Below, one piece after another: positions 14,578 through 26,776 of a stretch of 64,000 bases of DNA (position 1 is the first letter of the stretch; each line of letters begins with the position of its first letter). The notes beneath the pieces were generated by a model that searched no databases, was not told the DNA's origin, and saw only the letters and a list, made by a program, of their open reading frames with translations. The position numbers and the translations under genes were made by a program. The stretch comes from Octopus sinensis (lineage: Eukaryota), in assembly GCF_006345805.1 (NCBI RefSeq), contig NC_043012.1, positions 13,888,001 through 13,952,000 of the forward strand. The letters are read 5' to 3'.

Positions 14578-14584
<7 letters not shown>
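14420..14584. mobile_element. Internally deleted copy of the long-TIR MITE at 18369
   Basis: 48-bp arms ATATTGTTATATTTCGGAAT(G/T)GTCATTTTGCCAGTTTAGCCAATAAAA; the spacer matches the right arm of the 18369 element. Confidence 0.85.
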
Positions 14585-14618
<34 letters not shown>

Positions 14619-14654
14619 TATTCCACCCTTTATTGAATATATATTATATATATA

Positions 14655-14701
<47 letters not shown>

Positions 14702-14744
14702 TATTCCACCCTTTATTGAATATATATATATAATATATATATAT

Positions 14745-15110
14745 ATCAGAGGTGCCGTTGAGATCCAAAGGTGTCCGATAATGATGAACAGGTGCTATAG
14801 ACAGACCATAGTTAAGTTCCAGGTTCGGTGATTTTGCGAATAAGGGGTTCATCGTTGGTCATATGTCAGCGTGTGTATATAAGAAATGGATCTAAAAATC
14901 CAATATCCCTACATATCTCACATCTCTTTTCTTTACTACACCTCACTCTTTATTTTGTATCCCTTCTAAATTGACTATTACTTAACCATCCTCGCACACC
15001 GTCTCCGATGAAGGTATATAATTAATAAATATCCTGGAAACAACTGTAAGACCTTCTATCTATAAATGTTCTAATATCTACACAGCCTTGGGATTTTTTT
15101 ATCTCATTAT
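14745..15110 (+). mobile_element. Probable Penelope-like 3' end/pLTR
   Basis: Non-coding pyrimidine-rich stretch ending in a PLE-type hammerhead motif. Confidence 0.5.
15001..15052 (+). ncRNA. Minimal type I hammerhead ribozyme motif (degenerate)
   Basis: GTCT-CCGATGA-AGGTATAT/ATATCCT-(G)GAAA-CAACTG-TA-AGAC; stem I GTCT/AGAC, GUA triplet, U4C change in the core. Confidence 0.65.
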
Positions 15111-15144
15111 GCAGGGATTCTTATATATATATATATGAACTTTC

Positions 15145-15533
15145 ATTCTTTAACTTGTTTCAGTCATCTGACGGCAGGCAACCTGGAGCACTGCCATGAA
15201 GTGATTTTGTAGAACGATTCAACCCAAATACACATTTTCAAACCTGGGAATAACTGTATCGGTCTCTTTGCGAAGCGTTAAATTACGGGGACGTGAGCAC
15301 ACAAACACCGGTCATCAAGTGGTTGTGGTGCTGGAACAAACACAGACACAAAGATACACACAAACACACACATATATATGACATGCTTCTTTCAGTTTAT
15401 GTCTACCAAATCCATTCACAAGGTTTTGGTAGGCCCGAGGGTATGGTCGAAGACAATTGCCCAAGGTGCAACGCAGTGGGACTGAACGCGAAACCTTGTG
15501 GTTGTGAAGCAAACTTCTTACCACACAGCCACG
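15145..15533 (-). mobile_element. SINE family A, diverged full-length copy
   Basis: Reverse complement aligns with 6937-7357. Confidence 0.85.
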
Positions 15534-16319
15534 CTATGTATATGGTATAATGGAAGTTATTATTGGAGAGAATGCGATGTTGAATGTCTGTACCTAATCT
15601 AAATTTAATACTGCTCATTCGTCTGCTCCGATGCTGTATACTTAATATAATGGTTTAAGTTCCAGTGAGAAAATTACGCTTATATATAATATATACTTTA
15701 TGCCCATTGCAAATACATTCTTATATCTTCAAAATATTTTGAAATTCGTAATATACATTTACATAGTTATGTAACACACTGGAAATATAACTATTTTTCT
15801 CATACGCTACTATGTCTGTCTTTCCATTTCTTTCTTGAATCCAATTTATTAGGAAATTTATTGCAGATTTTCTATTGCACTCTGATATCCTTGGAGGAGA
15901 TATTTCGAAATTAAATATTTGCTATCATTACTTTGACTCTCAATATAACGCCAAGACTGTCTGACAAGCTTTTACTTCGTAGTATAAAATCGAGCGATCT
16001 ATTGTTCGTAATAAGTTCATAAATATTTCTAAGTTGATTTCATTTTCTCTTCTCTGTTCTCCGGTTTGGATACAACTCTCCAATTGCATTTTATTTTCTT
16101 AACGTTATCATGAAGCTGGTCCAGCAGTATTCATGCTGCGCTGGCTTATTAAATTCAGACATTATGAGAGACATATTCGCCCAATTCTAAACACATTATT
16201 TTTGTAGAATGACAGTAGTTACCTACCGATATAGTAAAATCGGTAGTATAGGATGTAATATTATTGAGCTCTTCTTTTAATTTCACGAAATTAATTCTCA
16301 TGCTTTATAAATCAAAATT

Positions 16320-16464
16320 TCTTCTTCTTCTTCTTCTCTTCTTCTTCTTCTTCTTTCTTCTCTTCTTCTTCTTCTTCTTCTTCTTCTTCTTCTTCTCTTC
16401 TTCTTCTTCTTCTTCTTCTTCTTCTATATACATATGTATATATACATATGTATATATATATATC

Positions 16465-16506
<42 letters not shown>

Positions 16507-16530
16507 TATGTATATATATGTATATATATA
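16320..16530. repeat. (CTT)n plus (AT)n microsatellite
   Basis: Direct inspection. Confidence 0.95.
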
Positions 16531-18008
16531 AAATACCAAACGGGACGAGAACGCAAAACATCCGGACAACTAGGTTATACAAAAGGGGACAACAAAACAA
16601 CCAGATAGATGATGAAAAAAAGACACGGACTGGTCATTCGAAGCCTTTTATCATATATATATAATATACATTTACACATATTTAACTATCATTTTTTCTC
16701 TTTATATATATATATATATATATATATGTAGCTGTGAGATAGGTACTTGCTTGGCCTCGCTACACAAATCCAACTGCAACAAGCTGTCAACCCAAACTAG
16801 GCCCACCACAACATAGACGCTTTGCTTAGTAGTTTACTTGGAATCTTATCATCATGTCACTAAACAAACAGAGCATTTATTCAATCCTGTACTTTTCCTA
16901 TAGAATCGAGATGTAGAGCGTGCTCGCTTGAACATAGATCTTATCGATCTAAGCAGTCTCTAGATGTCATTCTGGGTATATTATATAATTACTTTTATAA
17001 TTAATAATTTAAACTATATTTTGAGATATTGTATTTAGAATTAGTTTGAATTATTATGAATTATTGTGCATGTGTCGCTTCATATTCATTTCCACGCCGA
17101 TACGATCGTATCAGAAAATCTGCAGTCACTTTGTCTGCTCAGACAAATATAAAGTCTCAGTCGATTATGGGGTGTTAGTATTTCTTAGTTTCCCTTGGTA
17201 AGTTGTTTAGCGTTTTACATAGTAAAATCTTATCTCACAATTTACTTGAACTATATCATTCTAATATATCTCTTTCACAATTGATCATTTATATCTAGAG
17301 TTCGCTTTTATTTACATCAAACTGCACGTTGATTTCACGCCAGAGGCATTCCTTTATCAATTTGTAAACACTTATCTTTTCCGAATGCATGTATCCACAT
17401 CCATACCAGCATACACGCGCATAGACACACTAACACGCATGCACACACACTCACACGAATAGCATATGAATGTATTTGTGTGAGATTTCTATTAATGCAG
17501 CTCAGTCACTCTCTTCGCGTGGTATCTGTAAAACTAGATTCAGGCTACGTATTAATTCCATACGTTTAACTTATATATGTAACAATGCAATGGTCACATA
17601 CACGCATAAATCAGCTTCACCTTTGATCAAACGAAATATTTTTGGCAAGCGTAAGAGTATGTTTGGAGCCGCGCATTCCTTCAATTTCCGTTTAATATAC
17701 ACATTCATTTATAAAGATATACACAAAGATATCAGAGAACACACAATTATAATATACCAGGATACGTTCAACGTGAATAAATCAAGACACAACGTGCTTC
17801 AATTTCCCAATGTAAAAGTCAATTAGTCATAGAAATATGCACACTTCAATACATGCACATATGCTTGCACACACACACACTCAAACACAGAGGCAACTAA
17901 TGAGATTTGATCATTCTCTCAATTATAAATATATTCTTACGTCTTGAGCAATACACTCACATGCACGCACAAACAAACAAACACACACACACGCACATGT
18001 ATATATAT

Positions 18009-18190
18009 ATACAGGGTGGCCCAAGAAGTGGGCTTACAGTTATTCAACTATCTCTTTCGCATTCATATATTCACAGTTTCGATCTTAAATATGAAACCAT
18101 TCTTCTATGCTAATTTAGTGAATTTTCTCAAGCTCCCTTTTCAGTTTGTACGGAATATAATAGGATAGAGTAACTTCAAAAATTTTGTTG
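18009..18190. mobile_element. Possible Tc1/mariner terminal remnant
   Basis: Begins TA-CAGGGTGGCCC, typical of Tc1/mariner TIR starts; no partner end found. Confidence 0.35.
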
Positions 18191-18191
18191 T

Positions 18192-18308
18192 AGTTTTCAC
18201 CGCCAGCAGACAGACCCGACTAGTCGTCTTGTGGTACAAGCCTTCGAACTACCGGATATGAAGGCACGCAATGAAGGAGATGGTTCCCTCGGCCCACCTG
18301 TCAAGAAG
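18192..18308 (-). mobile_element. HERO-type LINE 3' UTR fragment
   Basis: Near-identical to 21909-22023. Confidence 0.85.
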
Positions 18309-18368
18309 TATATATATATATATATTTGTTTTGCAAGATTTTTGATGTGAAATCGTGTGTTGAAAGAG

Positions 18369-18781
18369 ATATTGTCGTATTTAGGAATGGTCATTTTGCC
18401 AGTTTAACCAATAAAAACACACGCACTATATATTTGGTGTTACTTTGCTTCAGCGTTAGTTATTTTTTACATTAATCTTAATCTTATTTCGGCTAGAATT
18501 CTTTCGTCACAATCCTGTGACCGCATCAGCCAGGCACATACAATAGAAATACAAAATACAAGATGGCTGACCGTTAGTAAGGAGAGACACACAAATAAGA
18601 AAGAAGAAAGCAAAGGACCACTGATGCGGTCACAGGAGTCTGACGAAAGAACTCTAGCCGAAATAATATTAAGATTAATGTAAAAAATATATAACGCTGA
18701 ATCAAAGTAACACCAAATATACAGTGCGTGTGTTTTTATTGGCTAAACTGGCAAAATGACCATTCCTAAATACAACAATAT
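18369..18781. mobile_element. Long-TIR foldback MITE, 161-bp arms
   Basis: 18369-18529 and 18621-18781 are reverse complements; 91-bp spacer; (TA)n on both sides. Confidence 0.92.
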
Positions 18782-19047
18782 ATATATATATAATCATATT
18801 TATATGCACAGTAAATTTTGTGATGCAAGAGTAGACGACAGTAATTATATGCGTGATCTGATCAACAAGTATCCGGACTGTTGCAATAGTAATATCATTT
18901 TTAATATCCGAATTTTATTCTTAGAAGCAATATTTTATCTAAAAAATTTCTTGTTCTGTACTTTACGAGATGTAATAACTTGTCCTGTAATTTTCCAGGT
19001 TTACAATCTTAAGAATATTATCTCTCATACTCGCATTTCTCCATGTA

Positions 19048-19081
<34 letters not shown>

Positions 19082-19519
19082 AGGAGATGTGGAACACGAG
19101 TTGTGATATATAAAAAAAGGAAATGAAGAAAATGCTGACAAATAATTTAAGTAAGGGAGAGTGTATTTAATTAGGTGAAAGTTTTTTTTTAAACAAAAAA
19201 AGAGAAAAATTGGGTTAGAATACAATGTTCATTTTTTGTGAATGATTTCTGTGTATAAGAAAAAAAGTAAGAGTCTTTTACAGTGTTCTGTTTCAGAATA
19301 AGATATTTAGTAAAAGCGTGTAATATACAGTTTTTTGTGGAAAAGTTTAATGTCAGATTTCAGTGTAGAATAAAAAAAAGTAAGAGTTTACCGGTTGCGC
19401 ATTTGTTATGCTAATCAAAAGATATTTTGAGTGAGATAGAGTTCCTTTCTGATTGATTTTTTACTCTTATCTGACTTTATGTTGGGTTTGCAGAGACAGC
19501 AAACCCAGCATTTTCTTCA

Positions 19520-19534
19520 TTTCCTTTATATATA

Positions 19535-19587
<53 letters not shown>

Positions 19588-19638
19588 TGTATATATATAC
19601 ATATATACATATGTATATATATGTGTATATATACATAT

Positions 19639-19673
<35 letters not shown>

Positions 19674-19759
19674 CGTCCAATAATATTATATTTGTTCCAC
19701 ATCCTCGCGGTGTTGTGTTTTTGTGCTTTCTTATTTGGATTAACTATATATATATACAT

Positions 19760-19828
<69 letters not shown>

Positions 19829-19835
19829 CACACAC
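19520..19835. repeat. (AT)n microsatellites
   Basis: Direct inspection. Confidence 0.95.
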
Positions 19836-20217
19836 ATTGTACAATGGAAATTGTTACACATTCGAACTTGGTTTCAACTTATTGGAGGTTTCAACTAACG
19901 GGGCATCATTTAAGAAAACAGTGATCACATTCAAACGAGTATCTGTCAATGTAAATCATAGAATATTCTTATTCTTATAGCCTTAATTCTAGTCCCATTC
20001 TTAATCACAACTGTCCAACGAAACGGAGCCTGAATCTCTGAGTAGCAGTTTTTTGTGATATTAACTGATGTTTTTGCAGATTCAATAATGAAGCGTATTA
20101 CACTGCCTCCCGTATGCGAGTAGTGTTTCCCCCCTTGTTTCACATTAACGTGCTTACTCTGGTGTATGTATATATATGTGTTTGTGTGTGTGTTTGTGTT
20201 TGTTTGTGTGTGTGTGC

Positions 20218-20268
<51 letters not shown>

Positions 20269-20390
20269 GCTCAGTATTGCATATATCCCCGACTGTAAAT
20301 GCGCTTGCGCGCGAAATTTTGTAAAGTTATAACATATAACGACGGGACACGTGTTATCAAGTCTCTGAATTATAAGTTAGTTATTGAAGC

Positions 20391-20501
20391 CGGTTACTGA
20401 TGAGAATTCGCCTGGTGGATAATATTGTTTTGCTAAATTACCTATTAAAGGATGGCAAATAATCTTATTTGCTAAAGAAATTCGAAACCATGTTATAACC
20501 G
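20391..20501 (+). ncRNA. Type I hammerhead ribozyme motif, near-intact
   Basis: Stem I CGGTTA/TAACCG (6 bp), core CTGATGA, stem II GAATT/AATTC with long insert, GAAA, stem III CCATGT (one change from palindrome CCATGG), then TA. Confidence 0.75.
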
Positions 20502-21894
20502 CTAATAAAAATAACAAGGTAATGTTTTTATTTTTCATTTACTTCTAAAATTGCTATTAAATCGTGGTTTTGGCCGTGTTGGCTGATATTTCTAGCATGT
20601 AAAAATTACCTGTTAAAGAGCAGTTTTCTTTTGTATTTAATTGTACACTATTTTAATATATATATATATATACAGTATATATATACATACACACATGTGT
20701 GTGTGTGTGCCTGTGTGTGTAAATTCGAATTGTATTCAAGGTTGCTTCCTGCAGTTATAGCTTTTTAATTGTAGCGTGGTCAAGATTTACGCGCATAAGT
20801 CAAAGTACCGTATGATGTGCCACATTATAAATGCATCAGTACTTGTTGATCTGTGAATGACAGATTTGATGTTCGTATTTCATGATGCGAGAAAATACAG
20901 AAATGCACGTATCCTATGAGAACATTATTCAAAGACTTTTCACACATATCTTTACACACATATCCCTAAGTGAACAGTTTCCTCGGAGGACTAGTTTTGC
21001 ACCGGAAGATCTTTTGACGTTCGAATTCAATCGAACGTATTAAATATTGTTTTACACGAAAATACCTTATTTAATTGCTGCGACTCTGCGTGTGTCTGTG
21101 TCTCTGTGTGTGTAAGTGTGTGTGCGTGAGTGGGTATTATTAATGGAGTCAAAACAAATAATGATATTTAAAAATCATATGTTTGAGGTGTGTGTAAAAG
21201 ATAATTAGAAATACAGCTATGCGTAAACCATCCTCAGTTGGAAAGAGTTATTAGAAATGTTCTAACATATATGGTTAGAGCTGTAAGATGTCTATAATGT
21301 TAGATGGGTGAATACATGCGTAGAGTATAGAGGGGCAGAAAGAGGGAGATAGAAGGAGGCGGTTAAAATTCTGGTATCGAGCACCGGTTCTGAGCAGAGA
21401 TGAAATATTTACGTACATAAGTGTGTGTATTTGTATGTGTTTGTGTGTGTGTGTGTGGTGTGTGTGTGTGTGTGTGCGCGCGCGCGCGTATGTGTGTGTT
21501 TGTGTAGGAGGAGGAATTCCGACCATGTTTCGTCGTTCGCTACGTCAACAGCTCATTTATAGGATCCAGTGGATAAGAACATCATTAGGAGGAACTACAT
21601 CCGGTTTCGGCCCCTATTCCCTTACCTCTACCACTTTTGGAGGTATCTTCAGCTCTGGTTTTGAATGCGTTTTGTTTTTCTTTTTTATTTGGCCTTTTGG
21701 TCTTTGGATTCTTCGATGCAGCGTCAACGAATGTCAGCTAGCGAATGACCAACCGGCCAAATTTCCCTTTAAATACTCGCCGTTGGGCTCCTGCAACTAG
21801 CGCCAGCTGTCACGTGACATAGTCTAAGCTTCAACTGACCAATTGAGGGAAAGGGTGCGTAGTTTTGGCCCGCGCTCTCTTTAGATCTACCTTC

Positions 21895-23870
21895 TAACCA
21901 AGTCGTGTTAGTTTCACTACCAGCAGACAGACCCGACAAACTGTCTTGTGGTACAAGCCTTCGAACTACCGGATATGAGGGCACGCAATGAACGGGATGG
22001 TTCACTCGGCCCACCTGTCAAGTAGCAACGTTTTTAAGGGCCAGCCAGCCTCACCGAACGACGCTGTTTTCCAGTCGGCATGTTATGGCTTTCGAGCCAT
22101 TTCGGGTCTTTTTGTTTTACCCATACGTGGAAGCTGGCTTTGTTGACCGCCTCTTGCATCCACCTTATTACATTTCTCAGCTCTGAGCTCGAAAATGCAA
22201 ACTTACTTTTAAATAACGTCGCCATTTTCCTTTCAAGGAAGCCTCTAGCTCCCACTGCCAGGTGGTAATACTCAATAATTCACCCCTGTTCCCTGCACTG
22301 TTCGGTTAATCTCTCATGCTTCCTCTGCTTCCGTTTTGGACTCCTTTCACGAATGCCACACTTCGAGATTTCTTGGCTTTGAATTTCATTCTCGCCCATC
22401 TTACTATCATGATTAGCACAAAGAAGGTGACTGGTATCATGCATCCAGCTGCAATACCTATTTCTAGCCGTTGCCACCTCGTTCTGAACTTTCCTGATGT
22501 AAATCTCATCCTCCGTTTATCGTAGTAACACATCAGCATTCGTTGAACATCTGGAATAAAAAAAGAAGTCCACAGCTGCCTGAATTAGTGTGTGTGGAAC
22601 AGATCCATATGCATTAGCAAGATCTAGCCATACAATGTACAGGTATTTCTTCAGTTGTTTTGCGCTGTTGATAGCTTCCCAGATGGCAAATGCATGTTCT
22701 ATGCATCGAGGGATTCCAGGGATCCCTGCCTTCTGGATTACTTCATTAACATATCCGTTTTGCTGTACGGACCTTATAATTCTCCTAGCAATAATTCCAA
22801 ACATGATCTTCCCATAGATATTTAGCAATAAAATGGATCGGAATTGCCCTAGCGTTATTGCCTCCATCTCTTTAAGTAAATAGATACATTCAGCTATACA
22901 CTATTCGCTCTGCTACGTCTTAGAAATGCAAATAGTCGTAAACGCAAATTCGGGCAATAATTATGAACCTTGTAGCTAATTCCATCGTTCCCTGTTAAAC
23001 ATTTTGCACTTATTTTCTAATGTACTCATCAATTTCTTTTCGTCTGATGTCACTCAAATCAAATGGTATACTTAGCTCAAGTGGTTTCTTCAGCCCGAGC
23101 ATTTCTGGGGATACTTTATTACTATTAGCGTCGCTGTATGCCTCTTTAAATTGGTGTTTGAATTCTTCTTTAGTGCAATCTAATCTTCCGCTCTTGCTTT
23201 CCGCAAAGAAACGTTTAGCATATTGACATAGGTTGTTTACAAAACTACGATAGTTCTTTTCTCTTCCTTCTTTCCTTTCTGAGCTGGTCTCGATGCCTCT
23301 TTTTTTATCTCTTCATTTAGTTGTTTTAGTCCTTCTTATTCCCCCTCCTTTGCATTCTTCCATCTGGTTCTTAGTTCTTTTTCTTTCGCTTCTCGTATCT
23401 TTGCGATCCGTCTTTCGCTCCTCGAAGGTCCGCCTTTTACCCATAATTCTCCCTTCCCTGTTGTTTCAAGCCCAAATCTTTTCTCTCCTTCCCGCTAGAT
23501 TATGGTAGCCAAGTTCTCCAGCTTTTGATCGTCATCCCCTTTGAATTTGCTGTTCATTCTTGCTACCTCGCCGTAGAATTTCTTATAGCTAGCTGCATCA
23601 TTTGTCTTCGGCCACTTAATCTTTGGCTTCTTCACGCCGATTTCTTTTCTTGGCTGTTCCGATTTAATTGTCGAATAAACCTTCCTATGATTTCTTTCCA
23701 GGAGGTTCTGGCCACACGTTTTTCAACCTGCGCTGTTGAATCACTTTCATCTGACAAACTTTCCCTTGGTGAATTCTAAGCCCGATGTGAAAACCTTTCC
23801 GCAACAACTGAATTCCTTCTCTACCTTTCCTTTACCGCTTCCTTTCTCGTTGACCATTTCCGGTCTGGAC
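21895..23870 (-). mobile_element. HERO-clade (R2 superfamily, REL) retrotransposon, internally deleted
   Basis: QFRSILLLNIYGKI, QKAGIPGIPRCIEH, WLDLANAYGSVPH, WQRLEIGIAAGC and C-terminal VGARGFL...QEAVNKASFHVWVKQKDPKW; stops and frameshifts. Confidence 0.9.
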
Positions 23871-23892
23871 CCATTCTTTTTTTTTTTTCTTC

Positions 23893-24112
23893 CCTCGGCT
23901 CACCTGTCAAGCAGCAACGTTCTTTAAGTACCGGCCACTCTCACCGTGCGACGGTATTTTCTAGTCGGCATGTTATGGCATTCGAGCCATTTCGGGTCTT
24001 TTCGTTTCAGCCTTATATAGAAGCTGGCTTTGTCGACCGCCTCAGGCATCCTCTTTATTACTTTCCCCAGCTCTGAGATCGAAAATGCAAACCTTCTTTT
24101 AAATAAAGTCAT
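23893..24112 (-). mobile_element. Second HERO-type 3' ORF-end fragment, in tandem upstream of the main copy
   Basis: Aligns with 22005-22215 (FAFSISELGKVIKRMPEAVDKASFYIRLKRKDPKW). Confidence 0.88.
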
Positions 24113-24679
24113 GTATATATGCAACGTTATATATGCATGCATGTGCATATATTTATAGAAATGTATTAATATACGTATGTATTTATATTGTGCGTGTGTG
24201 TGTGTGTATGTGTGTGTGTGTGTGTGTGTCAGCTCATTAATAAATTGTTTTTTGTGGTTATTGTGTTGTTTCGATTCCTATAGTGATGATTAGTGCTCTT
24301 GTTCACTTTATTAGTGTATATATTTCTGTCTTTAGGTTATATAATTGCGAATTAGCGACCTATATTACTTATAATTCTCATATTTACGGTTTAAGAAATC
24401 AGCATATGATTTCAACGGAGATCTTATAAGCTTACAAGGTGAGATGGATTTAATCCTAGGCGCCGTGAGACATAACGATGAGTATTAAGAATCAAAATGC
24501 GTTAAGAATCAAAATGCAAAACCATCGGTTATCTAGCTCATTAAGATAGTGTCTTTTTTGGCTATTGAGCTGTTTTGACTCTTATTTCAAGCAATAATCG
24601 TACTGATTAATGCCTTTGTTCATTTTAGTGAAGTATATGTTTCTCCGTTTAAGTTGTAAAATTGCAAATTAGCCACTCA

Positions 24680-24742
24680 TATGATATATATATATATACA
24701 TGCATACATATATACATATATATATATAATATATATATATAC

Positions 24743-24773
<31 letters not shown>

Positions 24774-24784
24774 CATATATATAC

Positions 24785-24831
<47 letters not shown>

Positions 24832-24916
24832 TATGTATATATATACATATATATATATATTATATATATATACATATATATGTATATATATATACATATA
24901 TATATAATATATATAC

Positions 24917-24970
<54 letters not shown>
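24680..24970. repeat. (AT)n microsatellite
   Basis: Direct inspection. Confidence 0.97.
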
Positions 24971-24972
<2 letters not shown>

Positions 24973-25559
24973 CCTTATGATACCAACTTCATTTAATATA
25001 GAACTGATCAGATTATGTAGATTTATTTATATTAAATATGAACAAGGAATAAGTTCGTAATCACATACTTATTTCATGCGTTGTATTTGTTTTCTGTGTG
25101 TGTATACACATACACATATATATAATATACAATGCGTATACTTACATACATGCATGTGATTGTGTGTGTGAGAGAGTGCGTGTGTGTGTAAGTATATACA
25201 TTTAAATGTCGTTCGCTATTACACAATCAAACGGTCATATCATCCTAATTGTAATTATTTCTAGTTCTTATCTACCATATCTCTAATCGCAGAACTACTT
25301 ATTAATGCTGCCTAAGGAACCTCTCATAAGCAACAACCTGTATAAAGACCTACATAAAAGCTCACATACATAAACACAGACATTCTGCTCTCGCACACAA
25401 GCCTGCACATAACTACACTCACATAATAACATATGTTTAATAACTATTATAAACACATCGATCAATTGTTGAATGTTAACATATCGCAATAAATATTTAA
25501 ACATTTCTTTCTAAAAACTGGATCTATTTTTCCAATATACACTGTGGCAAGAAGGTCAC

Positions 25560-26300
25560 TATACAGTTACTTACAATAACAATTAACACGCAGTCCAGAA
25601 ATGTAAGATTAAAATGGTTCCGGTTAATTCTGGTTAACAACAATAACATTCTATGGGAACTAATAGTAAATTAATTACCGATACTGTTCAAGGTGCAAAC
25701 CACTTGCTTTAGTGAATTACCTAAAACGTGAGAAAACGCTTCGACAAATTTCACGACACAAATGGTTCTGACGGAGTAAGTCTGCTAATGCATCTCGAAT
25801 AAGTTGCTTGATGCCATCGATATTTCTCTGTTTCTTTGTGAAAACGGAATCTTTGATAATTCCCCATATAGCGAAATTCATTGGGGTCAAATCTAGTGAG
25901 CGATGAGGCCACTCAACGTCGTCCTAGCCATCTTCCTGGAAATGTTTCATCAACATAATATCTCACTTTGAGAGCAAAATATGACTGTGCCTCATCCTGA
26001 TGAAAGTAAAGCTCATGGAACTCATCCCTTTGTTGTAAAAGAGGAACTACAGCGGTTTGTAATGTTTCTAAGCAGTTAGTTACAGGGACTGTTTCATCAA
26101 AGAAAGTAAGACCGATGATTCCGGGACTTGATATGCCAGCCCAAAAGATTGACTTTGGATGGTTAGATGAGGATCCTCTGAAGCCCAGCAATTATGTCTG
26201 TTTACACTTCTAGATAGCTTGAATGATGCTTCGTCATATCTTTGGTCACTCTCATTAGTCAGATTAACTTCCGATAGGGTACAATTATAAACCAACTTTG
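25560..26300 (-). mobile_element. Tc1/mariner (maT-like) transposase remnant
   Basis: DEASFKLSRSVNRHNCWASEDPH, WAGISSPGIIG..FFDETV, YFHQDEAQ, ETFPGRWLGRR, then a WPHRSLDLTP-like segment. Confidence 0.85.
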
Positions 26301-26388
26301 ATGATTTATAAGTTACAGTCATGAACCTGTTTCGGTGTCGTGTATATTGCTTTGCTTTTTTTTTCTGATTCTGCTTAGCTTTTTTTAT

Positions 26389-26776
26389 TACTAGCAGTAT
26401 CGCCCGGCGTTTCTCGGGTTTGTTTCGACCCTTTAGAATTGGAATTTTTGAAAAGTAAAAATTTTGCATTATGTAACTTGTTCTTCTCTTTAAGAGAATA
26501 TTTTTCTGGTTGAAATACGCCGAAAAATGGCGACACAGAAGTCAAATCGTAAAAAATAGGGATTTTCATAGAAACCAAAGCACCTTTTTGATGTAGATAA
26601 TTTCTGGTCTTAACATGGTCCGATTTGAACTTTATCTTCTACGGAATGTAGAGCAAGCCTTCTTCTATCATACTCTCAATTTTAGTCAACTTGCGCCGCA
26701 GGGTCTCGGAGGAGACAGTCTTAGTTGAAGCCTACCAAACCTGCCATACACAGACAACTTCAGCTTTATATATAGA
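26389..26776 (+). mobile_element. Non-autonomous Helitron/Helentron-like element
   Basis: Starts TACTAGCAG with a subterminal hairpin CCCGGCGTTTCTCGGG and ends CTTTATATATAG; no ORF. Confidence 0.6.

Noticed and set aside
17087-17104. Near-perfect 18-bp palindrome CCGATACGATCGTATCAG
   Set aside because: Isolated, with no associated core or repeat context.
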